Of a DNA stretch of 64,000 nucleotides, positions 63,712-64,000 are shown piece after piece. Where the stretch lies: contig OZ218950.1 in the NCBI GenBank assembly GCA_965112735.1, forward strand, positions 4,278,001 to 4,342,000. The letters run 5' to 3'. Source of the stretch: Phaeosaccion multiseriatum. Its lineage: Eukaryota > Protista > Ochrophyta, other classes. Position 1 is the stretch's first letter. Every line of letters begins with the position of its first letter. The notes beneath the pieces are model-generated. The model was given only the letters and a program-made list of their open reading frames with translations, was not told the DNA's origin and ran no database searches. The translations under genes and the position numbers were made by a program.

Positions 63712-63924
63712 GAGTCCAAGTGCTGTTGGCGGACGCTTTGCGAGCTCTGGAGGGGCTTGAGTGCTAAACTCGAGCCGTGGTGGGGCGTGGGAAATGAAAT
63801 GTCATTCTCAGCACAGGACTCTGAAGAGCAGGCGAGGGCCGCGTTTGATGGATCCCTACCTCATTGTGTCGATGGTGTCGTCGGGGGCCACCTCAAACTG
63901 CGCTTCCTTTCTGGCCGGGGCTAA
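57287..63924 (+). CDS. C-terminal part of the large accessory gene: Ulp1/C48 protease, 5x HMG-box-like repeat, Nudix-like domain, zinc-dependent cytidine/dCMP-type deaminase and an unknown C-terminal domain
   Basis: Phase-0 exons 57287-58456, 58567-58968, five repeat exons, 61201-62373 and 62554-63924. Ulp1 motifs AHFYLGVID..IILLETL (His 57578, Glu 57629) and EQIFLSQDCHVMV (Cys 57821). Deaminase motifs AGAYN..C..GAHAEPELL (62152) and LVISTLPCIGCARLL (62239-62253)..ILTEAGFEV. It links upstream via 63-bp phase-0 exons at 56531-56593 and 56961-57023. Confidence 0.75.
58985..61130 (+). repeat. Tandem array of five 437-bp intron+exon units (258-bp exon, 86 aa)
   Basis: Exon copies at 59056-59313, 59493-59750, 59930-60186 (1-bp shorter A-run), 60366-60623 and 60803-61060. 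They are nearly identical, and each is flanked by CAG and GTAAGA. Confidence 0.97.
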
Positions 63925-64000
63925 GAGACTTGAAGCACTCTTGGGGCTCTGGCGTCATGACGAGTTGGGGGGTCTGCCCCGCCAGTTTAGCCTGGAGTCA

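Overview
Eukaryotic nuclear DNA with GT-AG introns packed with microsatellites. It is most likely a photosynthetic ochrophyte (stramenopile alga), inferred from bipartite-looking plastid presequences on LCYB and RadA and an animal/fungal-type glutamate-cysteine ligase. Positions 1-43.5 kb are ordinary gene-dense host sequence: riboflavin synthase (-), a ZRANB3-like SNF2 annealing helicase/HNH nuclease (+), lycopene beta-cyclase (-), glutamate-cysteine ligase (+), RadA/Sms (-), hexose-6-phosphate 1-epimerase (+) and a coiled-coil/PHD protein (-). Positions 43.8-64 kb are an accessory, transposon-like region. It holds a decayed DUF6729-like gene, a spliced relic resembling the CENP-C/Mif2 cupin, and the main find, a ~12 kb multi-exon gene. 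In one reading that gene encodes OTU + OTU deubiquitinase, Ulp1/C48 SUMO-type protease, five tandem HMG-box-like exons, a Nudix-like domain, a zinc-dependent (HAE...PCxxC) deaminase and a C-terminal domain of unknown function. All of its introns that I could resolve are phase 0, and ubiquitin/SUMO-like di-glycine (LxGG) motifs lie at several domain junctions, suggesting a self-processing polyprotein. It is damaged by an exact 11-bp duplication and a MITE insertion. A ~22-bp dispersed motif (GCTGCTGTATCACCAACTGCTG) recurs about 10 times in the host part, including in-frame in exons. All domain calls come from motif recognition by eye, not database searches.
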